NCBI GenBank assembly: GCA_018693855.1
Contig: JABHMO010000029.1
Coordinates: 1-48,480, forward strand
Length of the DNA stretch: 48,480 bases
From: Candidatus Falkowbacteria bacterium
GTDB taxonomy: Bacteria; Patescibacteriota; Patescibacteriia; UBA11705; JABHMO01
Reading direction: 5' to 3'
Numbering within the stretch: position 1 is the stretch's first letter; each line of letters opens with the position of its first letter. Shown here piece after piece: positions 27,926-38,207 of this stretch. The position numbers and the translations under genes were made by a program. The notes below the pieces were generated by a model that saw only the letters and a list, made by a program, of their open reading frames with translations, made no database searches and was not told where the DNA came from.

Positions 27926-28291
27926 ATGAGCGATACACAAATTCGTATTCAAGAGATGTACAATGAATTAAAGGAAGCTGAAAAGAAGAAAAAAGAGTTG
28001 ATGGCTTCAATTAAAGACGCTTATCAAAATTATAAGGAGTTTGATGAAATCAAAGAGGAAATGGATAAACTTAAAGTTCGGAAAAAAGAGATTGACGGAG
28101 CTGTGAGAAATGAGTATGCTTCTGAATACAATGATTTAGATGATGTAAAAACTGATATAAAAGATACAAAGATGGTTCTTTCCGACCTAATGTGGAATGA
28201 GATCATGAAAAATAAAACCGTTGAAGTTGTTGATCAATATGATCAGAAATATGTACCCGAAGTTACTGTGACGCTTCGTAAAGATGGATAA
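27926..28291 (+). CDS. coiled-coil hypothetical protein
   Basis: 121-aa charged helical ORF in typical codon usage. Confidence 0.8.
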   Translation: MSDTQIRIQEMYNELKEAEKKKKELMASIKDAYQNYKEFDEIKEEMDKLKVRKKEIDGAVRNEYASEYNDLDDVKTDIKDTKMVLSDLMWNEIMKNKTVEVVDQYDQKYVPEVTVTLRKDG

Positions 28292-28302
28292 TTTCGGAAG
28301 TT

Positions 28303-28460
28303 CCAAATAACAAATTACAAAAAATAAACAAGAACCAAGCACCAAGTATTAAATGATAAATTAAAAACATAGCTATTTCTTTTTTTAATTAGTTTGAAAT
28401 TTTGTATTTCTAATTTTGAATTTGTAATTTGTTTGTATTTTGTAATTTGCTATTTGGCTT
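28303..28460. repeat. ~155-bp AT-rich palindromic element family B, copy 1
   Basis: CAAATAACAAATTACAAA...TTTGTATTTTGTAATTTGCTATTTG. The right arm is nearly identical to the reverse complement of the left arm at 36328. Confidence 0.8.
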
Positions 28461-28473
28461 TTACGTCGTTTCT

Positions 28474-29571
28474 ATGAATAAAAACAACAAAATAAAAGTA
28501 GCTATCGGCATGTCTGGCGGAGTCGATTCTTCAGTTGCTGCGGCATTATTAAAAAAACAAGGTTACGACGTTGTTGGCATTTTTATTCAATTTTGGTCAG
28601 AAAAGGTGAAAGGATCAGCTCGAGATAATGTTTGTTGTTCATTTGAATCGAAAAATGATGCACAGAAAGTCTGTCGGCAATTAGGTATGCCGTTTTACAC
28701 AATGAACATGAAGACTGATTTTAAGAAGGCGGTAGTAGATGATTTTATCTGTAAATATGAAAAAGGAGATACTCCTAATCCTTGTGTTAGATGTAATAAG
28801 TACATTAAATTTGGCGAATTTATTAAGAGAGCGAAGGCTCTGGGTTGTGATTATGTGGCGACGGGGCATTATTCACGTATCACGCATCACGTAGCACGTA
28901 ACAAATACGAATTGAAAAAATCAAAAGATAAGGAGAAGGATCAGACGTATTTTTTGCATCAGTTGACGCAGAATCAGCTTAAGCATGTATTATTTCCAGT
29001 TGGCAAATACACAAAGCCAGAAGTGAGAAAGTTAGCGAAGAAGTTTGATTTGCCGACTAAGAGTAAGTTGGAATCTCAGGAAGTTTGTTTTATTCCGGAT
29101 GGGAACCTGGAAAAATTCTTGAAACGTCACTTAACTTTTTCTGCTGGCGATATTAAGGATATAAAAACAAAGGAAGTTCTTGGTCAACACAAAGGATTGC
29201 CTGTCTACACAATCGGGCAGAGAAAGGGGATTGGCTTGGCTGCTGGACCTTGGTTTGTTGTAAGAAAGGATAGTAAAAGCAATGTGCTATGGGTCACGAA
29301 TGATGAGAAAGATTTATTAAGTAACGAATTTACTGTAAAAAATGTAAATTGGATAGTAGGAACAGAAAATCTTCTGTTCCCCATGCGACTAAAATGCAAA
29401 ATAAGATACCGAACAAAATCAGTGTTCGCAACGATAAAAAAAGACTCAAAAAGTAAGTCAATGAACAACTATATTGTTCAATTCAAAAAACCACAAAGAG
29501 CAATCACCAAAGGACAGTATGCAGTATTTTATAAAGGGAAAAGCTGTCTAGGTGGTGGTGAAATTTATTAA
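28474..29571 (+). CDS. mnmA: tRNA 2-thiouridylase MnmA
   Basis: MSGGVDSS, TPNPCVRCN, ATGHY, KDQTYFL, SQEVCF and YTIGQRKG. Confidence 0.97.
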   Translation: MNKNNKIKVAIGMSGGVDSSVAAALLKKQGYDVVGIFIQFWSEKVKGSARDNVCCSFESKNDAQKVCRQLGMPFYTMNMKTDFKKAVVDDFICKYEKGDTPNPCVRCNKYIKFGEFIKRAKALGCDYVATGHYSRITHHVARNKYELKKSKDKEKDQTYFLHQLTQNQLKHVLFPVGKYTKPEVRKLAKKFDLPTKSKLESQEVCFIPDGNLEKFLKRHLTFSAGDIKDIKTKEVLGQHKGLPVYTIGQRKGIGLAAGPWFVVRKDSKSNVLWVTNDEKDLLSNEFTVKNVNWIVGTENLLFPMRLKCKIRYRTKSVFATIKKDSKSKSMNNYIVQFKKPQRAITKGQYAVFYKGKSCLGGGEIY

Positions 29572-29692
29572 TAAATTGAAAGATATTTAGAAAAAGGTGC
29601 TATTGCATCTTTTTTGTTTTTGTGTTAATATATGATAATTGTTCATTCATAATTTGTTCCGCAACTATTTGCTTCTAACGTTGGAGGGCACG

Positions 29693-30592
29693 ATGAGTAT
29701 ATATCAAGCCGGAAGAACAATCCTTTCTCAGACACCAGGTATCAATGTGATGCAGATACCTAATTATCCACGATTTGAGTGGTATCATTTTTTGCCGCCT
29801 GAAATGGCACTTATGTTGGGTGTGAATTTGCAAAGTGATGTTTCAATGATGTCTATGGCAGCGCACGAATTATTGTTAAAAAATGGCATCCCAACATTCT
29901 TTGTAGAGGCACCATCTATCAATTCTCACGTCGTGCATTCTTGTACAATGTTGCCGTTTGAAGTCGTGATGAGGAGATATCCTGGTGGGCGATTGATTCA
30001 ACGTGATAATTGCCATGTGTATATGTTCGATCATGAATATGTTGTAGATCTGCTGGATGTTTCTGCTATAGAACTGTATTTGTTGACCGAGCAGGGAAAA
30101 GTGATGTTTGACCATTGTCCAATCCCTTTGAAGATCAAAAAACCTTTAGATGGATTAGATAGCTTGTTTGTATCGTTCACAGCTGGAATGGTTGCAGATC
30201 AAATCTCCTTACTTCACTCAACTCATTCCGATCTTCAATCGGAAGTGATGGCTTGTTGTTCGTTAGTTCCTTTTAGACTTTCGAATAAAAAAGTTGTTGA
30301 GATGTTTGATATGGCAGTGAACGCATTTAAGTTATTGGAGGCTGGTTGGGCTCGGGCTGACTATACTCTGATTGATTTGCGTTTGCGATTCGGATTTACT
30401 CAGTCGGGGAAGCTAGTAATTGCTTCTGTGATTGATAGTGATTCCGTGACATTGATATTGACTAATGACAGGCGTTCAAAGGAAACCCTTCGATACGCAG
30501 AATATCTCAGTGCAGTCTCTATGAGAGGTTTACCTGGATTTATTGGATCAATTGCTCAATGCGCTCGACAGTTCTTCCCTGAAAAGGACTAA
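29693..30592 (+). CDS. divergent SAICAR synthetase-like protein
   Basis: GIPTFF, CTMLPFEVVMRRY, LIDLRLRFG and IASVIDSDS align with PurC motifs, but GKTK and D-x-K-x-E-F are altered. Confidence 0.7.
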   Translation: MSIYQAGRTILSQTPGINVMQIPNYPRFEWYHFLPPEMALMLGVNLQSDVSMMSMAAHELLLKNGIPTFFVEAPSINSHVVHSCTMLPFEVVMRRYPGGRLIQRDNCHVYMFDHEYVVDLLDVSAIELYLLTEQGKVMFDHCPIPLKIKKPLDGLDSLFVSFTAGMVADQISLLHSTHSDLQSEVMACCSLVPFRLSNKKVVEMFDMAVNAFKLLEAGWARADYTLIDLRLRFGFTQSGKLVIASVIDSDSVTLILTNDRRSKETLRYAEYLSAVSMRGLPGFIGSIAQCARQFFPEKD

Positions 30593-30723
30593 GACTCACA
30601 TCTGAGCCACTCCCATTGGAGTGGTTTTTAATTTGTAAAATTCGCAGCTTTTTGCTAACATATGGGCAGAATCACTGTTCCTTTTATGGCTATGTTGTTC
30701 ACCCCCTTTTCAAGGAGAAACTC

Positions 30724-31632
30724 ATGTCGGCAAGTATGCTCAAACCTGGTGCTAGGATTGCAATAGGTAAAACAAAGACGATTTATACGGTTGAAGAACA
30801 TCCAGACCTTTGCTGGATCGAAAATCGAGATGATATTACTGCGGATGATGATCCGAGTAAAACAAGAGAGATAGAGGGCAAAGCTCTTTTTGCTACTACA
30901 GTGACCTGCAACGTTTTTGCTCTGTTGAAAAAACTTGGCATAGCTGTCGCATTCAGGGTACAAACAGATGATACGTCCTTTGTCGCAAAACGTTGCAGAA
31001 TGATCCCGATTGAAGTTGTGGTACGACGGTTTGCTGTCGGGAGTTACTTGAAAAGATCTCCTGAATTAGTTGTTGAGGAAGGAGCTCCCCCTCATCGATT
31101 TGAAGACGTTGTTGTCGAACTCTTTCTTAAGACAACAAGAGGTGAGTTGATTGTTAACGATGAGACTGTTGTGTCTGGTCTAAATCCAGGGAAAGGTGAA
31201 GAAGATCCGTTGATGATTTACAATCCTCGGGAGTATGGTAGGTACTATCTTTATCATCCTAAAAGACCAGTAACTCCAGAAAGCTCTTTGAATAGATCTC
31301 TTTCTGTGGATCAATTAGGAGTAAAGCTTGTAAATATTGAAAATATTCAGGAAATATCACGAAGAGTGTTTCTATTGCTTGAAAAAGCATGGGAACGGCT
31401 GGATTGTCGATTGATTGATTTCAAGATTGAGTTTGGGATTACAGCTGACGGGGAATTGGTTGTTGCTGATGTCATTGATAACGACAGTTGGCGATTGCGA
31501 GATCAGGACTGGAATGAGCTGTCAAAACAAGTTTTCCGTGACGGTGCAGGTCTTGACGAAGTTTCGACTGTTTACGAGTTAGTTGCTGAACTATCAAGGA
31601 AATTCCAAGCAATGCAAATCTCTCTCCCATAG
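30724..31632 (+). CDS. purC: SAICAR synthetase (PAICS-like IDNDSWR type)
   Basis: GKTK, MIPIEVVVRR, GSYLKR, LIDFKIEFG, ADVIDNDSWR and KQVFRD; AAGGAG SD. Confidence 0.9.
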   Translation: MSASMLKPGARIAIGKTKTIYTVEEHPDLCWIENRDDITADDDPSKTREIEGKALFATTVTCNVFALLKKLGIAVAFRVQTDDTSFVAKRCRMIPIEVVVRRFAVGSYLKRSPELVVEEGAPPHRFEDVVVELFLKTTRGELIVNDETVVSGLNPGKGEEDPLMIYNPREYGRYYLYHPKRPVTPESSLNRSLSVDQLGVKLVNIENIQEISRRVFLLLEKAWERLDCRLIDFKIEFGITADGELVVADVIDNDSWRLRDQDWNELSKQVFRDGAGLDEVSTVYELVAELSRKFQAMQISLP

Positions 31633-31767
31633 AGAAACCCACAAGAATCGCTGCAACAGCGGTTCTTTTAAGATCTTGCAATAATTATGAAATTAATGTA
31701 ATATTACATAATCGATGATTATTCGTCGTAGTACCTTGATATTCACATACCGAAGAAGGAGCGTATT

Positions 31768-33087
31768 ATGGATCGCCGTTATGCCAAGATACAAATGGAT
31801 GCCATTTGGAGTGAAAAAGCAAAGTTCCAGTTTTGGTTTTTGGTCGAGATGACCGTTCTTGAAGCGAGAATTCGGCTTGGTCATATCAAAATAGAAAATG
31901 GGTTGGCGTTAATCGAGCAAGCCAAGAGAATGGTTCAGATTGACGCTGGAGCAATTAATGAGTATGAGTCAAAAGTGAGCAAACACGACGTAGTCGCGTT
32001 TCTGCATCATGTTTCGCCGCAAATACCAGAAGAATTACGACCTTATTTGCATCAACTGATGACGTCTTATGACGTACATGATCCGGCTTTCTTCGCATTC
32101 CAGTTGCGGCAAAGCGTGATTTTGATCAGAGAACAGTTTGTTTCATTGATGGATGTTCTTAAACGTCGAGCACGTGAGTTTAAGAAAACGTTGCAAATGG
32201 GACGTACTCACTTGGTTCATGCTGAATATACAACATTTGGCTTGACTCTTGCCAAATGGTACGAGGAAGCTAAGCAGTATTTGCAAACGCTAGATGATTT
32301 GATTGAAAAAGTGGCAGTTGCCAAGTTCTCGGGAGCTGTCGGAAATTACACCTTACCTCCCATCGTGGAAAAGGAAGCTTGTCGATTGTTGAATGTTCGA
32401 CATGTTGTGGCTACTCAGATCATAACGCGCAGCATTGTGGCTCACTACGTCAGTGATTTGGTTATTGTTGCTGGATTTATGAACAAAATAGCTGATGATC
32501 TTCGTAAATTGACAGCGACTGAATGTTGTGAAGTTCAAGAGTATTTTAAGCCAGGTCAAAAGGGATCCTCGGCGATGCCTCACAAGCGTAATCCTATTAG
32601 TTTGGAAAATATTGGTGGGCAATATCGATCAATCATTGGTCTACCAATTACAGCTTTTTTGAATCAGGAAACAGATTTCGAAAGAGATTTGCGAAATTCG
32701 TCAGCAGAAAGAAATACAATTGCTGATGTATCGCATTTGACGCTCTATATTGTTGTACGGTTGACAAATGTCATTGACAAGATGTATGTCTATCCAAAGA
32801 ATATGCTCAGAAATGCGGCGTTGTCTCATGGCCTAGTATTTTCTCAATTGGTGCAATCAACGCTCGCAGACAAGGGACAAATTCCTCGGGAAGATGCTCA
32901 TCAACTTGTTTATGATATTGCTCAACATTGCATTGAGGAGAACTGTGACTTTTTCACTGAGTTGAAAGCGAATGATAAAGTAATGGCCGTCTTGGACGAG
33001 GTTGAGCTAAAAGCAATGTTTAATCCCTGGGCTCAGTTGCCGTATTTGGATGAACAGTTTGAATCAATTTTCGACGAAGTCGCCTAG
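31768..33087 (+). CDS. purB: adenylosuccinate lyase
   Basis: KHDVVAF, GRTH, SGAVG and GSSAMPHKRNP. Confidence 0.95.
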   Translation: MDRRYAKIQMDAIWSEKAKFQFWFLVEMTVLEARIRLGHIKIENGLALIEQAKRMVQIDAGAINEYESKVSKHDVVAFLHHVSPQIPEELRPYLHQLMTSYDVHDPAFFAFQLRQSVILIREQFVSLMDVLKRRAREFKKTLQMGRTHLVHAEYTTFGLTLAKWYEEAKQYLQTLDDLIEKVAVAKFSGAVGNYTLPPIVEKEACRLLNVRHVVATQIITRSIVAHYVSDLVIVAGFMNKIADDLRKLTATECCEVQEYFKPGQKGSSAMPHKRNPISLENIGGQYRSIIGLPITAFLNQETDFERDLRNSSAERNTIADVSHLTLYIVVRLTNVIDKMYVYPKNMLRNAALSHGLVFSQLVQSTLADKGQIPREDAHQLVYDIAQHCIEENCDFFTELKANDKVMAVLDEVELKAMFNPWAQLPYLDEQFESIFDEVA

Positions 33088-33294
33088 GATAAACCGTAAC
33101 AGGACCTGAAACCTCATTGTTTCAGGTTTTTTATTGCAAAAATATTTTATTAAATCGCTGAATATTCTAAAATTATGTAAATTAATTTACTTTTAAGGTC
33201 TTGACAAACTTAATCATTTATAGTAAATTGATATGATCACAACTGCGTTGTGATAGTGTTCATTCAAAAGAGTTTGCAAAAGAAGGAGTTTCTG

Positions 33295-34392
33295 ATGACA
33301 AAAGTTTTGGATTCTCGAGTACTTGATGAACTGCAACGAGACGTGAACAGTTCGGCACAGGATGTTTTGAAAAGGATGAAACGTCTTGAGTACCTTCTTG
33401 AGTCAGTAAGTGCTGAGTTAAAAGAACGATTTTTAACGATTAAGGCTAGCGCTTTGTTCCGACTTTTCAGAAGGAATGAGGCCGAAGCTATTCTAGTTGA
33501 TGTTCTTGATTTGAATAGTGAAAGTGCATATGCATGTGGATTGCTTTCGAAAATCATGCAAGTAAAGAAGCAACATCGTAAAGCAGTTGATTATGCTAGA
33601 CGGGCTGTTGCTATAAATGAAAATCCTTTGTCATTGATAACATTGCTCTATTCTTTATTTAATTACACTTGGAATAAACATGAGTTCTCCCCGGAACTTA
33701 TAGGTGAGATTTGTAATGAAATAGAGCGATCCATAGTTCGTCTAAAAGAGTTTCAACTTTATCAAAATCAGAGAGATACAGTTGAAAATTTCGAAATCAG
33801 ATTGGCGACGTTGCAAGGGCGTTCTCGTGAAGTTTACCCCAAATTAAAGGCTCGGTTTGATAGAACGGAAAAACCAAAGCAAAACATGTATACTGATTTG
33901 ATTTCTGTTGCGCTTGAATTGGGGGAGATCGGCGACATTAGGTATTATTTGCACTTGGCTGTTCAGAACAAAAAGATTGCGCCTACTCCGGCTTGGTTCA
34001 GTATTGGAGAAAAATTGCGTCATAATCTGGAGCTTCAGCTTGCCAAGAAAGTTTTTGCAGCAATGGGGTTTCACCACCCCAATAATTGTTTGCATTACAC
34101 CTTGTGTTGTATCAAGCTTTCTGAGTTCACAAAGGCGATTGAAACGTTGCAACTGGTAAAAGGCTACTTGTCTGGTGAACGAAAGTATTCAGAGAATACG
34201 AAATTCAAATATTTGTCTTTCGTTATACTCTGTTATGACGCTATGTGTCGAGAGGCAGAGAGAATTCCTCGAGAGTTCACTCATATAGCAAGATCAGTTG
34301 CAAGAGAAGTGCGAGATATTCCAGCTAATGCCGCGGGTGATTTAGTGGCATTTACAAGAACGAAAGATCTGGCTGTGAAATATTTTGTCTAA
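33295..34392 (+). CDS. TPR-like helical hypothetical protein (orphan cassette)
   Basis: Helical repeats (AVDYARRAVAINE); AAGGAG SD; promoter TTGACA(33201)-N17-TAAATT; downstream hairpin. Confidence 0.7.
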   Translation: MTKVLDSRVLDELQRDVNSSAQDVLKRMKRLEYLLESVSAELKERFLTIKASALFRLFRRNEAEAILVDVLDLNSESAYACGLLSKIMQVKKQHRKAVDYARRAVAINENPLSLITLLYSLFNYTWNKHEFSPELIGEICNEIERSIVRLKEFQLYQNQRDTVENFEIRLATLQGRSREVYPKLKARFDRTEKPKQNMYTDLISVALELGEIGDIRYYLHLAVQNKKIAPTPAWFSIGEKLRHNLELQLAKKVFAAMGFHHPNNCLHYTLCCIKLSEFTKAIETLQLVKGYLSGERKYSENTKFKYLSFVILCYDAMCREAERIPREFTHIARSVAREVRDIPANAAGDLVAFTRTKDLAVKYFV

Positions 34393-34570
34393 TAACTATA
34401 ATTTAAGCTAGCGGCTATTAGTTGCTGGCTTTTTTAATTGCAAAAAATGATAAATTACGGTAAAATTATAATATTGAACACAAAATTACAAATTGGTTAC
34501 AAATTTACAAATGGAGATAGATAATGTTAATCAGATTTGTATATTTGTAATAATTCGTAATTTGTAATAT

Positions 34571-36319
34571 ATGACTACAAACGAACTACGACAAAAATAT
34601 CTAAACTTTTTCAAATCAAAAGGACACGCTATAATCCCGTCTGCTTCTTTGATTCCGGAAAATGATCCAAGTGTTTTATTTTCAACAGCTGGAATGCATC
34701 CACTCGTACCTTATCTAATGGGAGAAAAACATCCTGCTGGGACAACTCTTGCAAGTGTTCAGAAATGTGTGCGAACAGGGGATATTGATGAAGTTGGTGA
34801 TAACACGCATGGAACTTTTTTTGAGATGCTTGGTAATTGGAGTTTGGGGGATTATTTTAAGAAAGAATCAATTGAGATGTCTTTTGAGTTTTTAACTAAA
34901 GAACTTAATATTCCAATAGAAAAACTAGCTTTCACTGTTTTTGAGGGAGATGATGATGCGGATAAAGACGTAGAATCTGCTGAGTTTTGGAAATCTCATG
35001 GTGTTTTAAGTGATCGAATCCAAGCACTTAACAAAGAAGAAAACTGGTGGCCCGCTGGTGGTAAAAATCCAGGACCTCAAGGTCCTGATACTGAAATCTT
35101 TTATTGGGCAAGTGATGAACCTGCTCCTGAGAAATTTGATCCAGAAGATGATACTTGGATTGAAATCTGGAACAATGTTTTCATGCAGTTTAATAAAACT
35201 GACAAAGGATACGAACCTCTAAAACAGAAAAATGTTGATACTGGTATGGGATTGGAGAGGACAGTGGCTGTTTTGAATGGAATTGACGATCTTTATCAGA
35301 TTGATATTTATGTTCCGATAATTAAAAAAATTGAAGAGATAACTGGATTAAAATATTCTGATAAAAAACGAGAATTTAGAATTGTTGCCGATCATATTAG
35401 AAGTGCGGTTATGATAATGGGAGATAGAAATGGAATCGCTCCAAGTAATTTGGATCAAGGTTATATTGTTCGTCGTCTAATTAGAAGAGCTGTTCGATTC
35501 GGTAAAATCCTTGGGATTGATAAAGCGTTTACTCACGAAGTGGCTGAAGTTGTACTTGTTCAAATGAGCGCTGTTTATGATGATGTAAAAGAAAATCATG
35601 ACAATGTTCTTAATCAATTAAAGGCAGAAGAAGAAAAGTTCGCTAAAACATTAGAAAAAGGGTTAAAAGAATTTGAAAAAATGAGTTCAGATAATAAAAT
35701 CTCTGGAGCTGAAGCTTTTATTTTGTTTTCAACATACGGATTTCCTTTGGAAATGACTCAAGAGTTAGCTGCTGAGAAAGGTGTGACTATTGATGAGGTT
35801 GAGTTTGAGAAAGAAATGAAAAAACATCAAGAGGCTTCTAAGAAAGGATCAGAACAAAAATTTAAAGGTGGATTAGCAGACAGCGGTGAAGAAACTGCTA
35901 GACTTCATACTGCGACTCATCTTCTTCAAGCCGCTCTGCGAAAAGTTTTAGGAGATCATGTGGCGCAAAAAGGTAGTAATATCACAACGGAGCGACTTCG
36001 TTTTGATTTTACTCATGATGAGAAATTAACGGATGAACAGAAACAGGAAGTTGAAAAATTGGTTAATGAGTGGATCAAAGCTGATTACGAAGTTAACTGT
36101 GAAGAGCTTTCATTTGACGAAGCAAAAAATAAAGGCGCGATAGGTCTATTTGAAGATAAATACGGTGATCAAGTGAAGGTTTACAGCATCGATGAAATTT
36201 CTTGCGAAATGTGTGGAGGACCGCACGCGAAAAGAACAGGCGAGTTAGGTCACTTCAAAATTAAAAAAGAAAAAGCCTCTTCAGCTGGAGTTCGAAGGAT
36301 TAAAGCTGTTTTGGAATAA
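34571..36319 (+). CDS. alaS: alanine--tRNA ligase, short form without the C-Ala domain
   Basis: AGMHP, QKCVR, FFEMLGN, IWNNVF, VDTGMGLER, HTATHLL and CGGPH; the protein ends at GVRRIKA. Confidence 0.96.
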   Translation: MTTNELRQKYLNFFKSKGHAIIPSASLIPENDPSVLFSTAGMHPLVPYLMGEKHPAGTTLASVQKCVRTGDIDEVGDNTHGTFFEMLGNWSLGDYFKKESIEMSFEFLTKELNIPIEKLAFTVFEGDDDADKDVESAEFWKSHGVLSDRIQALNKEENWWPAGGKNPGPQGPDTEIFYWASDEPAPEKFDPEDDTWIEIWNNVFMQFNKTDKGYEPLKQKNVDTGMGLERTVAVLNGIDDLYQIDIYVPIIKKIEEITGLKYSDKKREFRIVADHIRSAVMIMGDRNGIAPSNLDQGYIVRRLIRRAVRFGKILGIDKAFTHEVAEVVLVQMSAVYDDVKENHDNVLNQLKAEEEKFAKTLEKGLKEFEKMSSDNKISGAEAFILFSTYGFPLEMTQELAAEKGVTIDEVEFEKEMKKHQEASKKGSEQKFKGGLADSGEETARLHTATHLLQAALRKVLGDHVAQKGSNITTERLRFDFTHDEKLTDEQKQEVEKLVNEWIKADYEVNCEELSFDEAKNKGAIGLFEDKYGDQVKVYSIDEISCEMCGGPHAKRTGELGHFKIKKEKASSAGVRRIKAVLE

Positions 36320-36327
36320 CTTCGCAG

Positions 36328-36490
36328 AAAATTACAAATAGCAAATAACAAAATACAAACAAATTACAAATTTTAAATTAGAAATACCAAATCTAAAACA
36401 AATCAGGGTTACGGAACTATATTTGAAATTTGTAATTTAATATTTGGTCCTTGTTATTTGTTTGTATTTTGTTATTTGCTATTTGTTATT
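36328..36490. repeat. palindromic element family B, copy 2
   Basis: Perfect inverted arms AAATAGCAAATAACAAAATACAAACAAAT / ATTTGTTTGTATTTTGTTATTTGCTATTT. Confidence 0.85.
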
Positions 36491-36516
36491 TAAACCTCTG
36501 TTCTCGACACAAACTT

Positions 36517-36726
36517 ATGAAATATACCATTACAATATTAATCATGCTTATTTTTTTAACAGGCTGCACTACCACCGATCAACCAATCACAAACGCCAGT
36601 CCTGAGCCTGTTGATCAAGAAATCTGCAACGCTTCCTGTCAAAATGAAGAATGCTCTAATCTAGAGTGCTCTAAGCTGTTTTGTTCTTGTGGGGACTGTG
36701 AGGAGGCAGTTGAAGAGTGTGAATAA
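36517..36726 (+). CDS. small Cys-rich lipoprotein
   Basis: MKYTITILIMLIFLTG-C lipobox; 8 further Cys in the C-terminal ~35 aa. Confidence 0.75.
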   Translation: MKYTITILIMLIFLTGCTTTDQPITNASPEPVDQEICNASCQNEECSNLECSKLFCSCGDCEEAVEECE

Positions 36727-36905
36727 TTACCTAAAAATAGATAATAAGTCAGCTTTGCGGTTGACTTTTTGTTTTGGACAAGTTAATCTGAACTATTATG
36801 AGTCTAGTATTTTGTTAATCATGATATTTGATTGATAAAATGCTGGTCTTATTTTGAGACCACAACTTACCCGAGGTATTTCGGGTGTTCATTTCAAGGA
36901 GGCCT
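36721..36905 (+). repeat. duplicated terminator/promoter/leader module, copy 1
   Basis: Similar to 38019-38204; contains TTGACT-N17-TAATCT, two conserved hairpins and AAGGAGG. Confidence 0.85.
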
Positions 36906-36908
36906 CCG

Positions 36909-37931
36909 ATGTCAAACATCGCCACCCTCGCTCAAATGCTCGGACAAATCGCAAAACTGCATAGGCTTTTACAACAAGAAGGCTTGAGCGAAGAAGCAAT
37001 TGGTTGGGCAACTAATGAGCCTGGTTTTCGTAAAGACTTAGTTCATTTTTGGCAAAATAAAGCTTCTCTGCAGCCAGGCAGTGTTCGCGCATCTAGTTTT
37101 CCAAAAGTAACACCTGCGGAAGTTAGCCTTGCTGACGTTTTAGAAAAAGCTACCAGTTTGCACAAAGCACTTGAAGAAAGTGGCTTAACTCAAAAGGATT
37201 TGCAGTTTGCGATTGAGAACTCTCTTTTTCGTAGACGTTTGGTGCATTTTTGGATGAACAAAGGAAAAGTCGCTGTTAATCCATTTGATTTTAGAGAGTC
37301 GCCTGAGCATCAAAGAGCCAGGAACATCATGGGCGATAGATTTTTTGGGATTCCTGAAGTTCACCAGGCCTTGGGTTGTGAGATAATACAATCTCAAATT
37401 GAGGCTCTAGCAGAAATTCCGTTTACAGACGCGACTCTTCAGGAATGTTCTACAACGCATGTCTTGGTAGCTGATTTTGGAACATCTCTAAATCAACTAA
37501 GTCAAAAAGCCCATGGGAGTGGTTTAAATGAAGATTCATCGGCGCTAGTTAGTGGCAGGAATAGTCGTGTTGATAATGAGAAAGGTGAGATTGGTTGGAG
37601 GTTGATTGGTACAGGAGTTGTGAGAAGTTCGATGTTGGAACGACAGGGGCATACGTTGCCTCCGAAATCATTCTCCCCAGAACTTAGAGAACTAGTCTAT
37701 GCGACGTTGCTTTCTCTATTAGTTCGAGGTGGTGGGCAGTTTGACGAAATTTCATTTATACCTTTTGAACTAGTTGAGAGTCATTCTGTCTATGTATATT
37801 ACTGTAATCTAGCTGAATATGTTGAGGATTGCCTATACTGGCATTTTGTGAACGATGCGGATTATAAAGTGCGTACATACCCTGATCATAACGGATATGC
37901 CTACGGTCGTAGGCCCGATAAAGAACAGTAA
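36909..37931 (+). CDS. hypothetical protein, paralogue of 38208..39071, with a duplicated N-terminal module
   Basis: Shares ES..Q.AR.I.G..F.G.PEV, THVLVAD.G.S and WRLI with its paralogue. Confidence 0.8.
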   Translation: MSNIATLAQMLGQIAKLHRLLQQEGLSEEAIGWATNEPGFRKDLVHFWQNKASLQPGSVRASSFPKVTPAEVSLADVLEKATSLHKALEESGLTQKDLQFAIENSLFRRRLVHFWMNKGKVAVNPFDFRESPEHQRARNIMGDRFFGIPEVHQALGCEIIQSQIEALAEIPFTDATLQECSTTHVLVADFGTSLNQLSQKAHGSGLNEDSSALVSGRNSRVDNEKGEIGWRLIGTGVVRSSMLERQGHTLPPKSFSPELRELVYATLLSLLVRGGGQFDEISFIPFELVESHSVYVYYCNLAEYVEDCLYWHFVNDADYKVRTYPDHNGYAYGRRPDKEQ

Positions 37932-38018
37932 AACTGGTATTCAAGCCCCGAGCACACACGCTTAGGGCTTTTTGATTATAGTTTTGATCTTTGTAATAAA
38001 ATTGCTATTTAATGAACC

Positions 38019-38204
38019 GAATAATTACCTAAAAATAGATAATAAGTCAGCCTTATGGTTGACTTTTTTTTTGGGACAAGTTAATCTGAACTATTATGAG
38101 TCTATCATTTTATTAATCAATTTATTTGATTGACAAAATGCTAGCCTCATTTCGAGGCCGCAGCCTACCCGAGGTGCTTCGGGAGATTATTCCAGAAGGA
38201 GGCC
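38019..38204 (+). repeat. duplicated terminator/promoter/leader module, copy 2
   Basis: GAATAATTACCTAAAAATAGATAATAAGTCAGC...TTGACT(38059)-N17-TAATCT...TACCCGAGGT. Confidence 0.85.
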
Positions 38205-38207
38205 GCA

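Noticed and set aside
29693-33087. Z-base (PurZ) or other modified-base pathway
   Set aside because: The ligases are PurC-fold, not PurA/PurZ-fold, and there are no phage or dATPase genes nearby.
34400-34570. T-box upstream of alaS
   Set aside because: No UGGNACC bulge or antiterminator; only a terminator, a promoter and an inverted repeat array.
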